From assembly GCF_009914755.1 (NCBI RefSeq), contig NC_060927.1: a DNA stretch of 64,000 nucleotides, one strand, 5' to 3'. Positions within the stretch are counted from its first letter, which is position 1. Every line of letters begins with the position of its first letter. Shown piece after piece: positions 15,288 to 29,375 of the stretch. The stretch is from the human T2T-CHM13v2.0 reference genome, Homo sapiens. Both the position numbers and the translations under genes were made by a program. Below the pieces are notes generated by a model. That model did no database searches. It worked only from the letters and a program-made list of their open reading frames with translations, and was not told where the DNA came from.

Positions 15288-16119
15288 TTACCGTCATTAG
15301 CAATTTGCCATGTGTCTAGTTTTTGTCTCACATTTATATACCTGTAAATATATGTTTATTTTTTGCTTTAAAAACCTCAACAGTTATTTGTATAAAATTT
15401 AAATTCTTTGTTCTTTCATGAAATATCATGACTACAAACATTGAAATAGTTACTCCGAATTGCAGTCACATGTTTTACTTGTATATAATCATTCTTATAG
15501 GCAGAGGGATAACTGTAACCTTTTCCCTTCTCCTTCTCACCTTGCCCTTTGGGAGACGTTTCTTCCCTTTTTTTGTGTCTTTCTACCTTGTCCTTCTCCT
15601 CCCCTCCTCTCTTTTCCCTTCCCTTATATTCTGTTTTCTTACCGTTCGTCTCCTTTTCTCTCTCCTTCCCTCCCTCCCTCCCTTGCAATACTTTCCTACC
15701 TTTCATACTTTCTTTATTATATTTTTAGTCTCTTGTCTTTAGCTTAATATGGGGCTCAGTGGCCAGGCGTTTACATAATATTGTGGGTCCTTGAAACATC
15801 AGGTCTTGGACACCTAGTCTCAGCTCTGAATTGTCAGGTTCCTGCTGATATACTTTCTGGGTCCACTGTTGCTTTGTATTTAATACTGGAGGTTGTGATA
15901 ACATTGTCCAGCTTCAGGAGGCCATGGTAGCGCAGGAGGGATGCATGTGTTGTGTAGTTCCTTGTCTGGAATGCAGGGTGACAGGAGGTTGGCTTGTGTA
16001 CACATGTTCATCTCCTTGGGCTACTGGAGAGGGAGTCTTTATTTTGGTGGGGTGCTCCTAAGAGCAGTGAGCTCAGAGCCTCTGTCTTGAGACTTGCTGT
16101 GTGTTTTCTTGGCCTCCCA

Positions 16120-16525
16120 ATGCTCCTGGCATAAGTGACATCCCTGCTTAGGACCCTACACTCATGATTTCAGGCAACCTTTCTGCCTTCCTTTTGGCCC
16201 CTGCCTCTCCACCCCATGTTCATATTCTTCATCCCAGGTGCAGTGCCACCCTGCTGGCTACCTCTGCCAGGCAGCATCCTTCATGCTTAGCTCAAATTCC
16301 ACCTTCTCAGAAACATCTGACTTCACATTTGGTGTCAGTCTCTCTCCTCCTCCATTTCCCATCACACAGTTTGTACTTTCAGAGATACTTTCATACACCA
16401 CCTTGTATTCAATGGGTGGTATCTGTTTCTGAGTTCTGATCAGAGGGCAGACATCTCTGATCCTTTGGAGGCTAGCTCAGTAGCTGGCATTTATAGGCAC
16501 TCTGTAACTGTTAAATTGAATTACT
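16120..16525 (+). mobile_element. L2 fragment
   Basis: CTTAGCTCAAATTCCACCTTCTCAG..GAGGGCAG..GCTGGCAT..TAGGCACTC..TTGAATT. Confidence 0.65.
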
Positions 16526-17294
16526 GAGGAGGCCTGAGGGGTTGGAAGGTCAAATGCAGTTAACCCAGGGAACTAGAAGGGCCCCTGGGAACTTGGTTTT
16601 GGAGCATGGCTTTTATGAGCAGCTATCAGCTTTTCCCCAGGCTCCTTCTTAATCCTGTCTCTCTAGAGGCACAAGGAGAGGTGGTGTTTGCTTAAGATGC
16701 TGGTGGCATTCCTAGTGAAGTTAGGTCAGAATGTGCCATCTCTTCTTTAGCTCTCAACTTCTTAGAGTGTCAACCCTCCTCATATTGGAAAAGCTTAGCT
16801 TTTAAAAAGGAGAAAGTGGTTTACATGATGACCTCTGAATTTTTGACTTTGATTATTAATCTTCTTGAAGAAGACTTTGCAGTTGCCCCTGTTACAAGGA
16901 AAGCAGACATGCCAAGTTGCTGCATTTGTGAAATTGAATGAAATTCTGGCTGCGTTTTATGGCTCTGACCTTTGGGAACAGTCCAGGGTCAGACTGCTCA
17001 CATGATGTGCTTGATAAATCCGCCTCCCAACAGCACTGTTGAGATCTTAACTAGAATTGCTACTTGCGAAACACCTTTTTCTGACTTGCAGTTCAGATTC
17101 TGCATGTACTGCTGACTACTGCTTCTAGTGGCTCATTCAGATAAGTATGCTATATATTAGGTAGAAAGAGGATGCGTGATACTAAGGAAAGAGAAAAAGA
17201 GCCAGCCCAGGACACTTGGGTTCCAGTGCTAAGTCTGCAAGAGACATGTTTGACATGGGGCCTTAGTTTTCAGATCTATAAAATGGAGACACTA

Positions 17295-17632
<338 letters not shown>

Positions 17633-17658
17633 TTATATCCTTCTAAAATCAGCATCTC

Positions 17659-17726
17659 GGCCGGACGCAGTGGCTCACGCCTGTAATCCCAGCACTTTGA
17701 GAGGCCAAGGTGGGCAAATCACCTGA
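17659..17726 (+). mobile_element. Alu 5' fragment (~68 nt)
   Basis: GGCCGGACGCAGTGGCTCACGCC...AAATCACCTGA. Confidence 0.9.
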
Positions 17727-17797
17727 CCTCAGGTGATCCGCCTGCCTCGGCCTCCCAAAGTTGTTGAGATTATAGGTGTGAGCCACTGTGTCTGGCC
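17725..17797 (-). mobile_element. Alu 5' fragment (~70 nt), partner of the 17314 piece
   Basis: GACCTCAGGTGATCC...TCTGGCC, followed by AGGAGGAGCTCTT (reverse complement of the 17560 TSD). Confidence 0.9.
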
Positions 17798-18589
17798 AGG
17801 AGGAGCTCTTACAGAGCTGGAAGTATTTACTCAGAGAAAGATGGAGTTAGAAGGGAAGGTTGAGAATGAGAGACAAGTTAGTGTTTATTCAAGGTGGAGG
17901 TGCACAGGCCTAATGTAGGACAACGGCAAGTGGGTTGGAGAAGAGGGGCTTACGGGAAGGATGGGCAGGAGAAATGGGATGGGACCCAGGAGGCCCAAGG
18001 GGGAGGTGGAGGATTCAAGTCAGAGCTTCAGATGCTGGGTCTGGAGACACTTTCTGAATGCCTAGGAGGTAGCTGTGGTGTTTTGCAGGATAAGAAAGAC
18101 AGAGGCTTTCTGTAGCTACCATCCTGCTAGGTGAAATGAAGGGATGGTCTGGGATGTGTGTGTATGTGTGTATGTGTACCCACATACGTGCATGTGTGCA
18201 TGAGTGTGTATTGGTAACAGAACCAAGGAGATCAGGGACTTACCCAAGGCCATACAGCTGGGAAACAGCTTTCATTTGATTACGGTGCTAAGTTTAGTAA
18301 TGACTGCGAGAGACAAAAACGGGCAGGGGGAGCATGTAGGGAAAGGGCCTCGGCCCCATTTCCTGCCCTCTCAGGCAGGTAGTGAGTAGGAGTTTTAGGT
18401 TTCACTGTTTGATAGCATCACCTCCTCTGCTTTCCCAGAAATTATTCCTCGAAGTATGACTCGAATCATTCCTCTGTTGGGAGATGTATCGGTTCAGAGC
18501 TGACTTTCTGCTCTGGTTGTTTACTGAAAAATGGTAGCACTGGCAATTCAGAGGGGGCATAAGCAAGTGAAGAAAAAAAAAATGAACAA

Positions 18590-18765
18590 ACAGGGCATGT
18601 GAGGTCAGGGGCCCTGGTTGTGAGTCCCGGCCCTGCTTTTAGAGACCCATGTGAATTGGGCAGATCAATCAACTTCTTAGTGCCTCAGCTTTTTCCTCTG
18701 TAAATTAGAAGATAGTGATTTCTGCTTGATAAATTTATTGTGATAGTGCTTTGCAAGTTGTATTG
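18590..18765 (+). mobile_element. MIR
   Basis: GTCCCGGCCCTGC..ATGTGAATTGGGCAGATCA..GTGCCTCAGC..CTCTGTAAA. Confidence 0.75.
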
Positions 18766-18973
18766 TTGGTCGTAGGATAATAAAGATAAAGGGGTATACA
18801 GACTTGGATTCTGTTTCTATATATGTGAAGCGTTAGAGAGAGGTGGTAAATTGTTTCTCTCCCGTGGGTTGTGCACATCTCTGATATTATGGTAATCCCC
18901 ATATCTTCTCCTTTTGCAGGGTGGGGTGTCTTGGATAGTATGGTTACTGAATGTAGAATCTACTAACTCCTCT

Positions 18974-19250
18974 TTTTTATTTCCTGAGACTGGGTCTCAC
19001 TGTGCTGTCCAGGGTGGAGTGCAGTGGTGTGATCATGGCTCACTGCAGTCTTGAACTCCTGGGCTCAATCCTGAGTAGCTGGGATTACAGGTATGTGCCA
19101 TCATGCCAGCTAATTAGAAAAGTTTTTCTTTGTTGAGATGGGGTCTCACTATGTTGCCTAGGCTGGCTTTGAATTCCTAAGCTCAAGTGGTCAGCCTGAC
19201 TCGACCTCCCAAAGTGCTGGGATTACAGGCATGAGCCACTGTTTCTGGCC
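18974..19250 (-). mobile_element. AluJ with a ~20-nt internal deletion
   Basis: GGGTCTCACT..GATCATGGCTCACTGCAG..CTGGGCTCAA|TCCTGAGTAGC. Confidence 0.9.
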
Positions 19251-20428
19251 TCCTTTTTAATATTCTGCCCTGTGCAAAGCACCAGCACCAACAGCCTCCC
19301 TCCCACAACCCCCAACAGCTGTGCATTAAGTATCACTTTGGTTTGAGGATTTCCTAGCTTGCTGTTTATCCTGGGAGAATTTCTGAGTTTCTTGGTCTTT
19401 GTTTCTTTACCCAAAAGTTGGGGATAGTTCAGCTTTGTCTGCATTGTGGACACTACCTCCAGAAAGCAATGGGAAGACCCTTTGTAAGCTGTACCGAACT
19501 CTTTGTATTTTTGGAGCACATTTTGTCTTTTTTCTCCCTTCTTCTGGTGGCTGAGGTACCTCTTTGGTCTTGAAAAGACCCACTTATATGGAGGCGGAAA
19601 TGGGCTTATAGAGGGAAGTGACTTTCCAAGGGCCCTGGAATGAATTGGATTCTGAGATCTGTGCCCGTCCTTGTCACAACGTGTCAGATTCCATTATTTA
19701 GTGTGGGCCTGATTTGTCCATGCCTGGGACTTTCCCAGAGGAAGTCATACTTTCTGGAAACTCTCTGAGGTCTTGAAGGGGTGGGAGAAGTCTCTGACAC
19801 AAGTGCTGCTGTGGTCATGGAGGCTTCCATTCCTCTCTCCTTGTGTTGAGCAGGGAATTGCTCCTTGGATATTTTAGGTTTGAGTGACTCAACATGCTTA
19901 TGACCCAGAGGATGCTGTGGTGTGTTTGGCAGCATGCTGGAATTAGTCAGAAGGCAAAACTGCTTGTCCTGACCCCAGAACCCACTTACTCTAGGTGGAT
20001 GAGAAAGTCCTCTCGGATCCTCTATTTCCTAATTCATGGCAACTTCTGGAGAACAGTATTTTCTCTGTTACTGCTTTATGGGGTTTAGTGTGGAAATTAA
20101 AGAAGAGAACTTCTTATTTTTTGTAAATAATAATACAATATTCAGATACTGTTAGTTTCTGAAATTTAAAATGGGCATCTCACTTCTGTGTTCCCTCCCC
20201 AAATAAATGTATTGATACTAAAAAGGAAAGCCAGCTAACTTTATGAGGATGGCTGGTAAATGAGCCATTCTGTTTTTGCTTGCTGTCCAAGGCCTCTAAT
20301 ATTAAGCCTGGACCATTTCAAGCATATATGGAGGATATATATTTCAAATATACATTAGGGGTATATATTTCAAAATCGAGGACACATTAATAGTAAGAGG
20401 AGACCATGTAAGACAAAGCACAGGTTTA

Positions 20429-20858
<430 letters not shown>

Positions 20859-21299
20859 TAATGCAGCCCATGGAGGCTTCTCATAGAGACATAAACAGTG
20901 GGCTCCAGAAGGTCTCTATTTAAGAAACTGAGGTCTGGCAAGGTCACACATCGAGGAAATGGCAAAATCAAGACTAAAAGCCAGCTCTTTGGATTCTCAA
21001 TTCCCTGCTCTTTCTGACACTTCACTCTTCCCTCCTGTCAGGTGAAGAGAGAAGCCAGATGGTTTGACAAATGGTTCTCGTTGCTGTCAAATCTGCCTTC
21101 TTTCTTTGCTCAGACAGACAGTTCTTACCTTCCCTTTTTCGGGGGACTGGCGGAGGTGGGGTGAGGAGAGAGGTAGGAAGGTGGATGAAGGAAAAAAAGA
21201 AGCATTTTATTGCTTCATTCTTTATGTAGTAGTGATGGCCAATAAGTTCTTTTTTTCTCTGGCAAGAAGCTAAGTAAAGGCAAGGAGTAATCGTCACCT

Positions 21300-21660
21300 T
21301 GAATTTAGAGCACATAGAGGCCTAGAAATGGCAGGCTGTATTAGGAGACAACATTGATTTCATATATATTCATCTCTGAAAAAACATGTTTAAGATGCCA
21401 TATTCATAAATACTAATAAGGCTGTCTGATTCCAATTTTCAGGTGAGATTAGCATTTTATTGAGTATTTTATCTGTCAGATTCAATGCTGGATGTACCAT
21501 CCTCCCAGGCTTATTAGCATAATTGCTGTGCTTAAGCAACAATAAAAAAATCAGCAGTAAAATAGCATTTAGTGCAGGCAATTTGTTATCAAAAGCTTTT
21601 ACTTAAGGACAGCTCCAGCCTGCATTTATTAGCAAGTTAGGGTTATAATTTATTTTTATT
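21300..21660. promoter_or_regulatory. Candidate enhancer (POU/SOX/TALE motifs)
   Basis: Unique AT-rich block with ATTAGCAT at 21448 and 21513, AACAAT at 21538 and CTGTCA at ~21473. Confidence 0.3.
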
Positions 21661-22117
21661 TTGAAAAACAAAAGTGGGAGAAAGATTTGGCTTTTTTGTT
21701 TTGGAAATAATAGAGAAATTAGAAAGCATTGCCTCTTTGGAAAATTGTCCACATCCCTTCTTCCTTTGCCGAAAGCAGGCTGTGATGGGAATAGATTCCA
21801 CTTGTGAGCGACATTGGCTCAGACAAAAAGTTGCTCTCCTTGGCATTGGAACAAACGGGTAGTAACGTCCCTTTATGCTTGTACACACATTTCCAAAACA
21901 CTTTCAGATCTCGTTTGTTGCTCAAACCTCACACCAGTCCCGTGAGGTCTCCATTCTTAGAAATAGAAAACCAAGTTGAAATGACTTGTTCCAGATGAGG
22001 CAGTTGAGTGGCAAAGTGGAGGTGTAAAAACTAGTCTTCCAGCCTCCAGTCCTGTCTCAGCATTGCTCCCCTTCACGTCGTTGTCCAGAGCTCCTGGTGG
22101 AGCCTTGGCCTTTTCCA

Positions 22118-22223
22118 TATGTACACGTGCACACACACACACATACACACAGATCTGTGTATCTACACCTGTCTATACACATACGTGCACACCTATGCAC
22201 ACACATCTATGCATACATACATA
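22118..22223. repeat. Degenerate (CA)/(TA) microsatellite
   Basis: Alternating purine-pyrimidine run. Confidence 0.85.
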
Positions 22224-22969
22224 CTTTTTCTTTTCCTAAAAGTTAATTATGTACTCTTGCATTTGTTTTTCATTTGATGTCCGGGTTGAAATACTTCTGC
22301 CACATGAACTTCTCTTGATGCCAAATAGCCTCTTAAAATCAATCTCTCTCTCTCTCTCCACCCCCCACCCCCCACCCCCACCCCCCCCGCCCCTCTAGCT
22401 AGCAACTGTATCAGGAAAGCACTTGTGATTACCATCTGTTAAGGACCTGGAACAAAATAAATGATGTTATAAGTTTTTGTAGGGAAGATAGAGATAAGAT
22501 TTTAAAATATGGAGATTGGGAAATCATTTTTCTTCCTTATTTCTTAGGAAATGTATCAGAAATAAATAACATTAAATTGATGCCTTTTAGTGGGTTTTAG
22601 GCTTCAATTATGGGTAATAATTTTCAAATTGAGAATAAAGTTTTGAGTGAAAATGGACAACTGAAGCTTCTAAGCTTTGAGAGGAGTTATTTTAGCATTT
22701 TAGATTTTCTTTTCTCAGTAAATTCAAACAAAGATCATACAATCATTGAATCATAGCACGTCTAAAATCCAAGGCTCTGTGCTGGCCACTGTGTGTTTTA
22801 CAGACTAGCTCAGACGTGGCTATGAGCCCCAAGACATGTTTAAACTATTAGAGAGGATACTAACGATACATTAATAATGTTCTTGGTTTTGACAGAATAT
22901 TCTAGAACAGGAACTCTAGTAGGATTTTTGCTTATGTTACATCATTGAAATTTAAATTCACTCAATTAT

Positions 22970-23170
22970 TTATTGACTAAATATTGAGCACTTATGTGAT
23001 GTTCACTCTTGTATTTTACATACATCATCTCATGTAATTTTTTAACAATCATATGAAATATGATCTGAGATAATAGTCAGTACTGTTATTATTGTTCTCA
23101 TCATTAGATGAGGAAATTGAGACTAAGTAACTTGTCCAAGTCATTCAGCTGGTAAGTGGTAGAACTGCTG
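22970..23170 (-). mobile_element. MIR
   Basis: ATTGAGCACTTATG..GATGAGGAAATTGAGAC..AACTTGTCCAAGTCA. Confidence 0.75.
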
Positions 23171-23546
23171 TGGTCTCCCTGTAAACACATGTTTTTTTCA
23201 TGGTACCACTTGGCAAAAAACGAATAAGCAGGTACATACGTAGACAGATAGTGCTAATGATGATTAGAGAACCTCAGAACTCATGCAGAACCTGGATGTT
23301 TAGAGAGAAAATGGAACTTGAAATCAGACAGGTGTTCAAACCCTACTATGCTTCTTAGTGTTTGTAAAATCCTCAATTTAAGGACCTCTTAGGATTTCGG
23401 TGTCTTCCTGTGAATAAAGGATTATAAAATCTTTCTCTCAATATCATAATGAGAATAAATTACAAAATGTATGTGAGTGTCTGCAAAGGTACCTAGTTCA
23501 TGGTGGGAGTTCACCCTATCTTGGAAGTGCTCATAAACATGCAGGG

Positions 23547-23825
23547 TTTTTTTTTTGAGACGGAGTCTTACCCTATCGCCCAGGATGGAGTGCAGTGGCG
23601 CAACCTTGGCCTCCCGGGTTCAAGTGATTCTCCTTCCTCAGCCTCCCGAGTAGCTGGGACTATAGGCGCATGCCACCATGCCCGACTAATTTATTTTGTA
23701 TTTTTAATAGAGACGAGGTTTCACCATGTTGGCCAAGCTGGTCTCGATCTCCTGACTTCAAGTGGTCTGACTGCCTTAGCCTCCCAAAGTGCTGGGATTA
23801 CAGACGTGAGCCACCATGCCCGGTT
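23547..23825 (-). mobile_element. AluS with a ~17-nt internal deletion
   Basis: Flanked by AACATGCAG..TTTT; the TCACTGCAACCTCCGC segment is missing. Confidence 0.92.
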
Positions 23826-23849
23826 CAACATGCAGTTTTGTGTACTGTT

Positions 23850-24075
23850 TAGGGACAGATGCCGAAGCCACATTGCTTGGGTTTGGATCCATCCTACCAC
23901 ATAATATCATGTGACCTTGGACAAACAACTTCACTTCTAGTGCTGTACTTTCTTCATCTATAAAATGGGCTTACATCATAGGGTCCTTGTGAGGATTAAC
24001 AAAGTTAGAATGCGTAGAGCATGTAGAACAATGCTTGGCACACAGCATGCCGTGCTTCAGTGGTAGCACTTACTA
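23850..24075 (+). mobile_element. MIR
   Basis: TGTGACCTTGGACAA..TCTTCATCTATAAAATGGG..CATAGGG..GTGAGGATTAA. Confidence 0.85.
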
Positions 24076-24907
24076 TTCCATTATACTACAGCCACCGAGA
24101 AGGACAGGTACACAGTGAATAGTTTAGGACTGTTCATGTTCCCGGCCTCTTCACTCCAAGAGCATCAGCAAGTTTAGTTTAGAACATAGGAGTTGTATTT
24201 ACACAGCTACTAATGACCTTGGAAAAGTTCTTGGCTTCTCTGTCCTTGACCTTTGTTTATCTGAACGAGTAAACTTCAGATGACAGAGTGTGTGGGGAAT
24301 GGAATGCATCCGCATCCTTGATAAGCTGCCCTAGTGGAATGTTGCCATGTGGCTACTGAGGGTCAATTCACTGGTCAAAGGTGGCCTGCTGGTTGGTATT
24401 TTTTCTGTGTCTTCCGGGCAAGTTCTGTCTTTCCTCAGTCTGCACATGCCTGGGTCTGTCCTCAGAGCTCTCTCCCATTTCCCTCTTCTCTAGAAAGCAT
24501 TGATATAATGGGGCCACCTCTTCCTTGGACTGTTTCTGTAGCATCAGAAGGAGGTGGGTGGGAATTTGGCATACCACTTTTTGAAAGGTAATACATTCTA
24601 ACATATGTATTTCACCCACCTTCAAAGAGTAAGAATACACTGAATGATACTTAATTTTAAAGATGTGTTGCTGAGGTGAACTCTAAGACGAACAATTCTT
24701 CAGAATCTTTTACTTTCTTGGGCTTCTTGTCCCAAACAACAATTATCTTTATAAAGCCTGTGTGTGTATGTGTGCGTGTGTGTTTGTGAAACTTCCTGGA
24801 ATTGGTAGTGTTGATTTTGAGATGTTTCTTTGGCTTATTCAAAATATAAACAGAAAGGCTAAAGTGTTTTTCATGTCATTAAGAATGTCTTTATAAGAAA
24901 GGACATT

Positions 24908-25450
<543 letters not shown>

Positions 25451-27189
25451 CTCCACCACCCTGATTTGATTGTAAGGAGGTAATTCTTACCAAGTACTGT
25501 CAGATTATATAGAGTTGTAATATATCTTAAAAATGCCCATTTTAATTTTCTTTAAACAGATCAGTTAAAAAGTTAACTGTGATTTGATACCATCTTGTTT
25601 CTCCCCAAGTTTAAACAGCAATGAGTCTCTAGGACCTTCGGTTAAACCAGCATGTGTTTTTCAAAAATCAAATGTCAAAGCATTTCGTGAACCTTGCTTT
25701 AATGAACAAGAGAAGTGAAGGTACAATTCCTTTTTTGCATGAGGTAATTAGGAAACAGGATGTGCAAACTTGCTATATGAATTTAAAGAGGAGCACTTCT
25801 ACTGATGTACAAACTGGATGGGCATATTACAGAGGGTTTCATGCTGGTAGAAATTTTAAGTGAAATAAGTTCTCATTAAGCATATCAATTATTTTTGGAC
25901 TGTGTGAAAACTTAATCTGTTTCATGAGTTGGATCTAAGGTGGTCAATACCTCTACACTCCAAAAAACAGAAGCATGACTCAAACATCTAGTTCTGATTG
26001 CAGAGTGCCTTTATCTGGAAGACTGGACATGTCGTCAGAATATAGAGCAAGAGGGATGGAATATGCTCTTAAGTTTCCTGATGACTTAAGGGTCTGCACT
26101 ATACTTGCTTGGGAGGTGGGAAGGATTGAATTCTCTTTGGAAAATGCCTTTGAATCTCTTACACACATGGTACCCAATAAGCCTAGTGCTGTATTATTAG
26201 CATCATGTACTAGAGTATGGTTTACCTGACATAGGTTTTGGAAATCTATTTCTTTTATTTACACTACATGGTTTCTTAGGTGGCAATTCTCAGTGAATTA
26301 CCAGCTTCCTGATAGTGTCTTGAAAAGCATGCTTTATAAGGAGGCAGAAAGTGTTTCTCTTTTGACAGATGACCTCCTTGACCCCTTGACTTTCCATTTT
26401 TGATGGTTTCTTTTGAGGTCTACGTCATCTGGTAATTTTATTGGTGTGATTTATGCCCCCAGTAAGGATCAACTTGTATAGATTCTACATTCTCATGGAA
26501 GTCTATGTACTGTCTCTACTGTGTAATAATTAGCTCCAACTCTACAAACAAGGTTAGAAATGAAATCACCAGCATTACAAGTGAGACATAACAAATGGAA
26601 GATTCCCTTCTCTGAGTTTCTCTCATACCGTTAATTTTATTTGAGCTGGCATTGACTCATTCTATATGTCTCTTCTGCTAGATTTTGAACTCTGGAGGAC
26701 TGGTCTCATATCTTATTAATTATAATGGTGGCGCACAGCACATTATAGGTATTTATTACTAAGTGGTTGGGTTTAATATCTTAAGAAGCAGAAAATGTGG
26801 TTTTTCTTGAGAGAGAGATGGTTTTGGATGTTGTTCCTCTAGTATATTCTAAGCCTGCCCGCCTGGGGCTCTGTAACTATGGCTCCTAACGTGGGGAGCC
26901 CACAATCTAGCTATATCATGTTAGCGAGAGCTCTTTGTATACTGAAACAATAAACTTACCATCTTGATGAGTTTTACATGTAGAATGGCTTAGGTTATAA
27001 GGTACTGCCACCTCATTCCACTGTTGAGAATTGTCTAATGCAAAGCTCACTTTTTAAACATGGATAATTGGACAGTCATGAGTGGATCATCGAAGGGATA
27101 AGCAAAATATATGTCAAACTGAGAATTAATATCTATCAAAACACTTGCTATTATTTGGTAGATGGGAGGTTATTTTATTTTTAAGAAGT

Positions 27190-27918
27190 AGATTGGCTGA
27201 ATGGAAAAGCAAAATGTGGCATAAAATAAAATGGGATATTGTTCAGCAGTGAAAGGAATAAAGTACTGATATGGACTACAACATGGATGAACCTTGAAAA
27301 CATTATGGCAAAGTGAAAGAAGCCAGTTACAAGGCCGGGCACCATGGCTCATGCTTGTAATCTCAGCACTTTGGGAGACCGAGGTGGGTGAATCACTTGA
27401 GGTCAGGAGTTCGAGACCAGTCTGGACAACATGGTGAAACCCCCGTCTCTACTAAAAATACAAAAATCAGTTGGGCGTAGTAGTGTGTGCCTGTAATCCC
27501 AGCTACTCAGGATGGTGAGGCAGGAGAATGGCTTGAACCCGGGAGGTGGAGGTTGCAGTGAGCCGAGATCTGCCCTCCAGCCTGGGTGACAGAGCCAAAC
27601 TCTGTCAAAAAAAAAAAAAAAAAAAAAAAAAAAGCCAGTTATGAAAGACCACATATTATATGATTCCATTTATGTGAAAAGCCCACAATAGGCAAATCTA
27701 TAGAGTCTGTAGCGATAGAAAGTAGTGGTTGCCGGCAGGGTTGGGGTAGAGGATAGGTAGTGATTGCTAATAACTGTGAGTTTCTTTTTGGGATGCTGAA
27801 AATGCTCTTTATATGGTGGTGATGATTGCACAACACTGTGAAATACTAAAAACAGAACCGTAAACTTTAAATGGGTGAATTGTATGTAAATTATATCTCA
27901 ATAAACCTGTTTTAAAAA
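27190..27918 (+). mobile_element. L1MB 3' end, interrupted by an Alu
   Basis: ACATGGATGAACCTTGAAAACATTATG..AAGTGAAAGAAGCCAG..TATGATTCCATTTATGTGAAA..TATATCTCAATAAA. Confidence 0.9.
27333..27633 (+). mobile_element. AluS (Sx/Sz-like)
   Basis: Full Alu with a long A tail; TSD AAGCCAGTTA. Confidence 0.95.
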
Positions 27919-28916
27919 GTGGATTTCCCTTTAATCTATTCTCTGAGGATTGCTTCAGGGATTCAAAATAGTGCATAGTGCCAAGTTTTAAACTCATATT
28001 GATTTGTTTTTGGTAAATAAGTCATGCATGCTTAACAATGGTGAACACACTTAAGGAAAAAGTGGTAACACAACTAGAGCCACCAAACCGAAGCAAGTAT
28101 ATTTCCACCTAACTTCATGCACGTTTTTTTCTCAGAAGCTTTAAAAATTTATACTTTCTCAAATGTTGATTAATGAGATATCTGATAAGAAATAACAGGG
28201 TACTGACAGTCCTGATTGTATAAATAGGCATTAGGGATTGTGTTCATGGTTTGCTTGTCAGCACAAGAGAAATGTGTGATTATGTTGAATGATAGTTAAT
28301 TTTCTTATCCACCCATTTTAAAAATAAAGATGTACAGCTAGAAAACAGGTGCCCAGGGAATAGAGGAGACCTGCAGCTTTGATAATGAGCCCCAGAAAGA
28401 AACTAGAAGGAACAAGCTCCCGCTTAGGAGGTGCCGTTCGAGTCCTGGCCAGTGTCTGACTGTAGCTGATGGGTTTAGAGAACTGTGGCTGGCTTCTCAC
28501 AAAGGATTTTTTCATTTACTCTTGTTTTGTGTTTGAGTATAGACAGCTTTTCCCATCCTCCATCAGGGTCATTGTCCCACCTTCTCTGACTCACTTATTG
28601 TGTCAACAGAATTAAAAGAGCAGCCGGTGGACGTGTGTAGAGGCTGAAGGAGAGCTGTGTTGCTAGCTTTGTATTTGAACGGTTCGTACACAAACAGTTC
28701 TCTTTGATTAAGTATCCGGTGAAACCAATTCACATGAACTCCAATTAAACTTTAATGAACAAGTGGGTGTATTAATATCAGCTGAGTAATGCAGGCAGCA
28801 CAGATTCCAGTAAGTGACTCACTTCTCTGAGCAGCTCATTCCCCATGCACGGTTAGAGTTACTAGAAAGCTTCCAGCTATATTTGAGTGGATCTGGTCTG
28901 GGCCTTGTAATTCTAA

Positions 28917-29375
<459 letters not shown>

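Noticed and set aside
28645-28707. Hairpin as a pre-miRNA
   Set aside because: The large asymmetric bulge and short continuous stem do not fit Drosha geometry, and I recognise no mature miRNA. Kept only as a generic structure.
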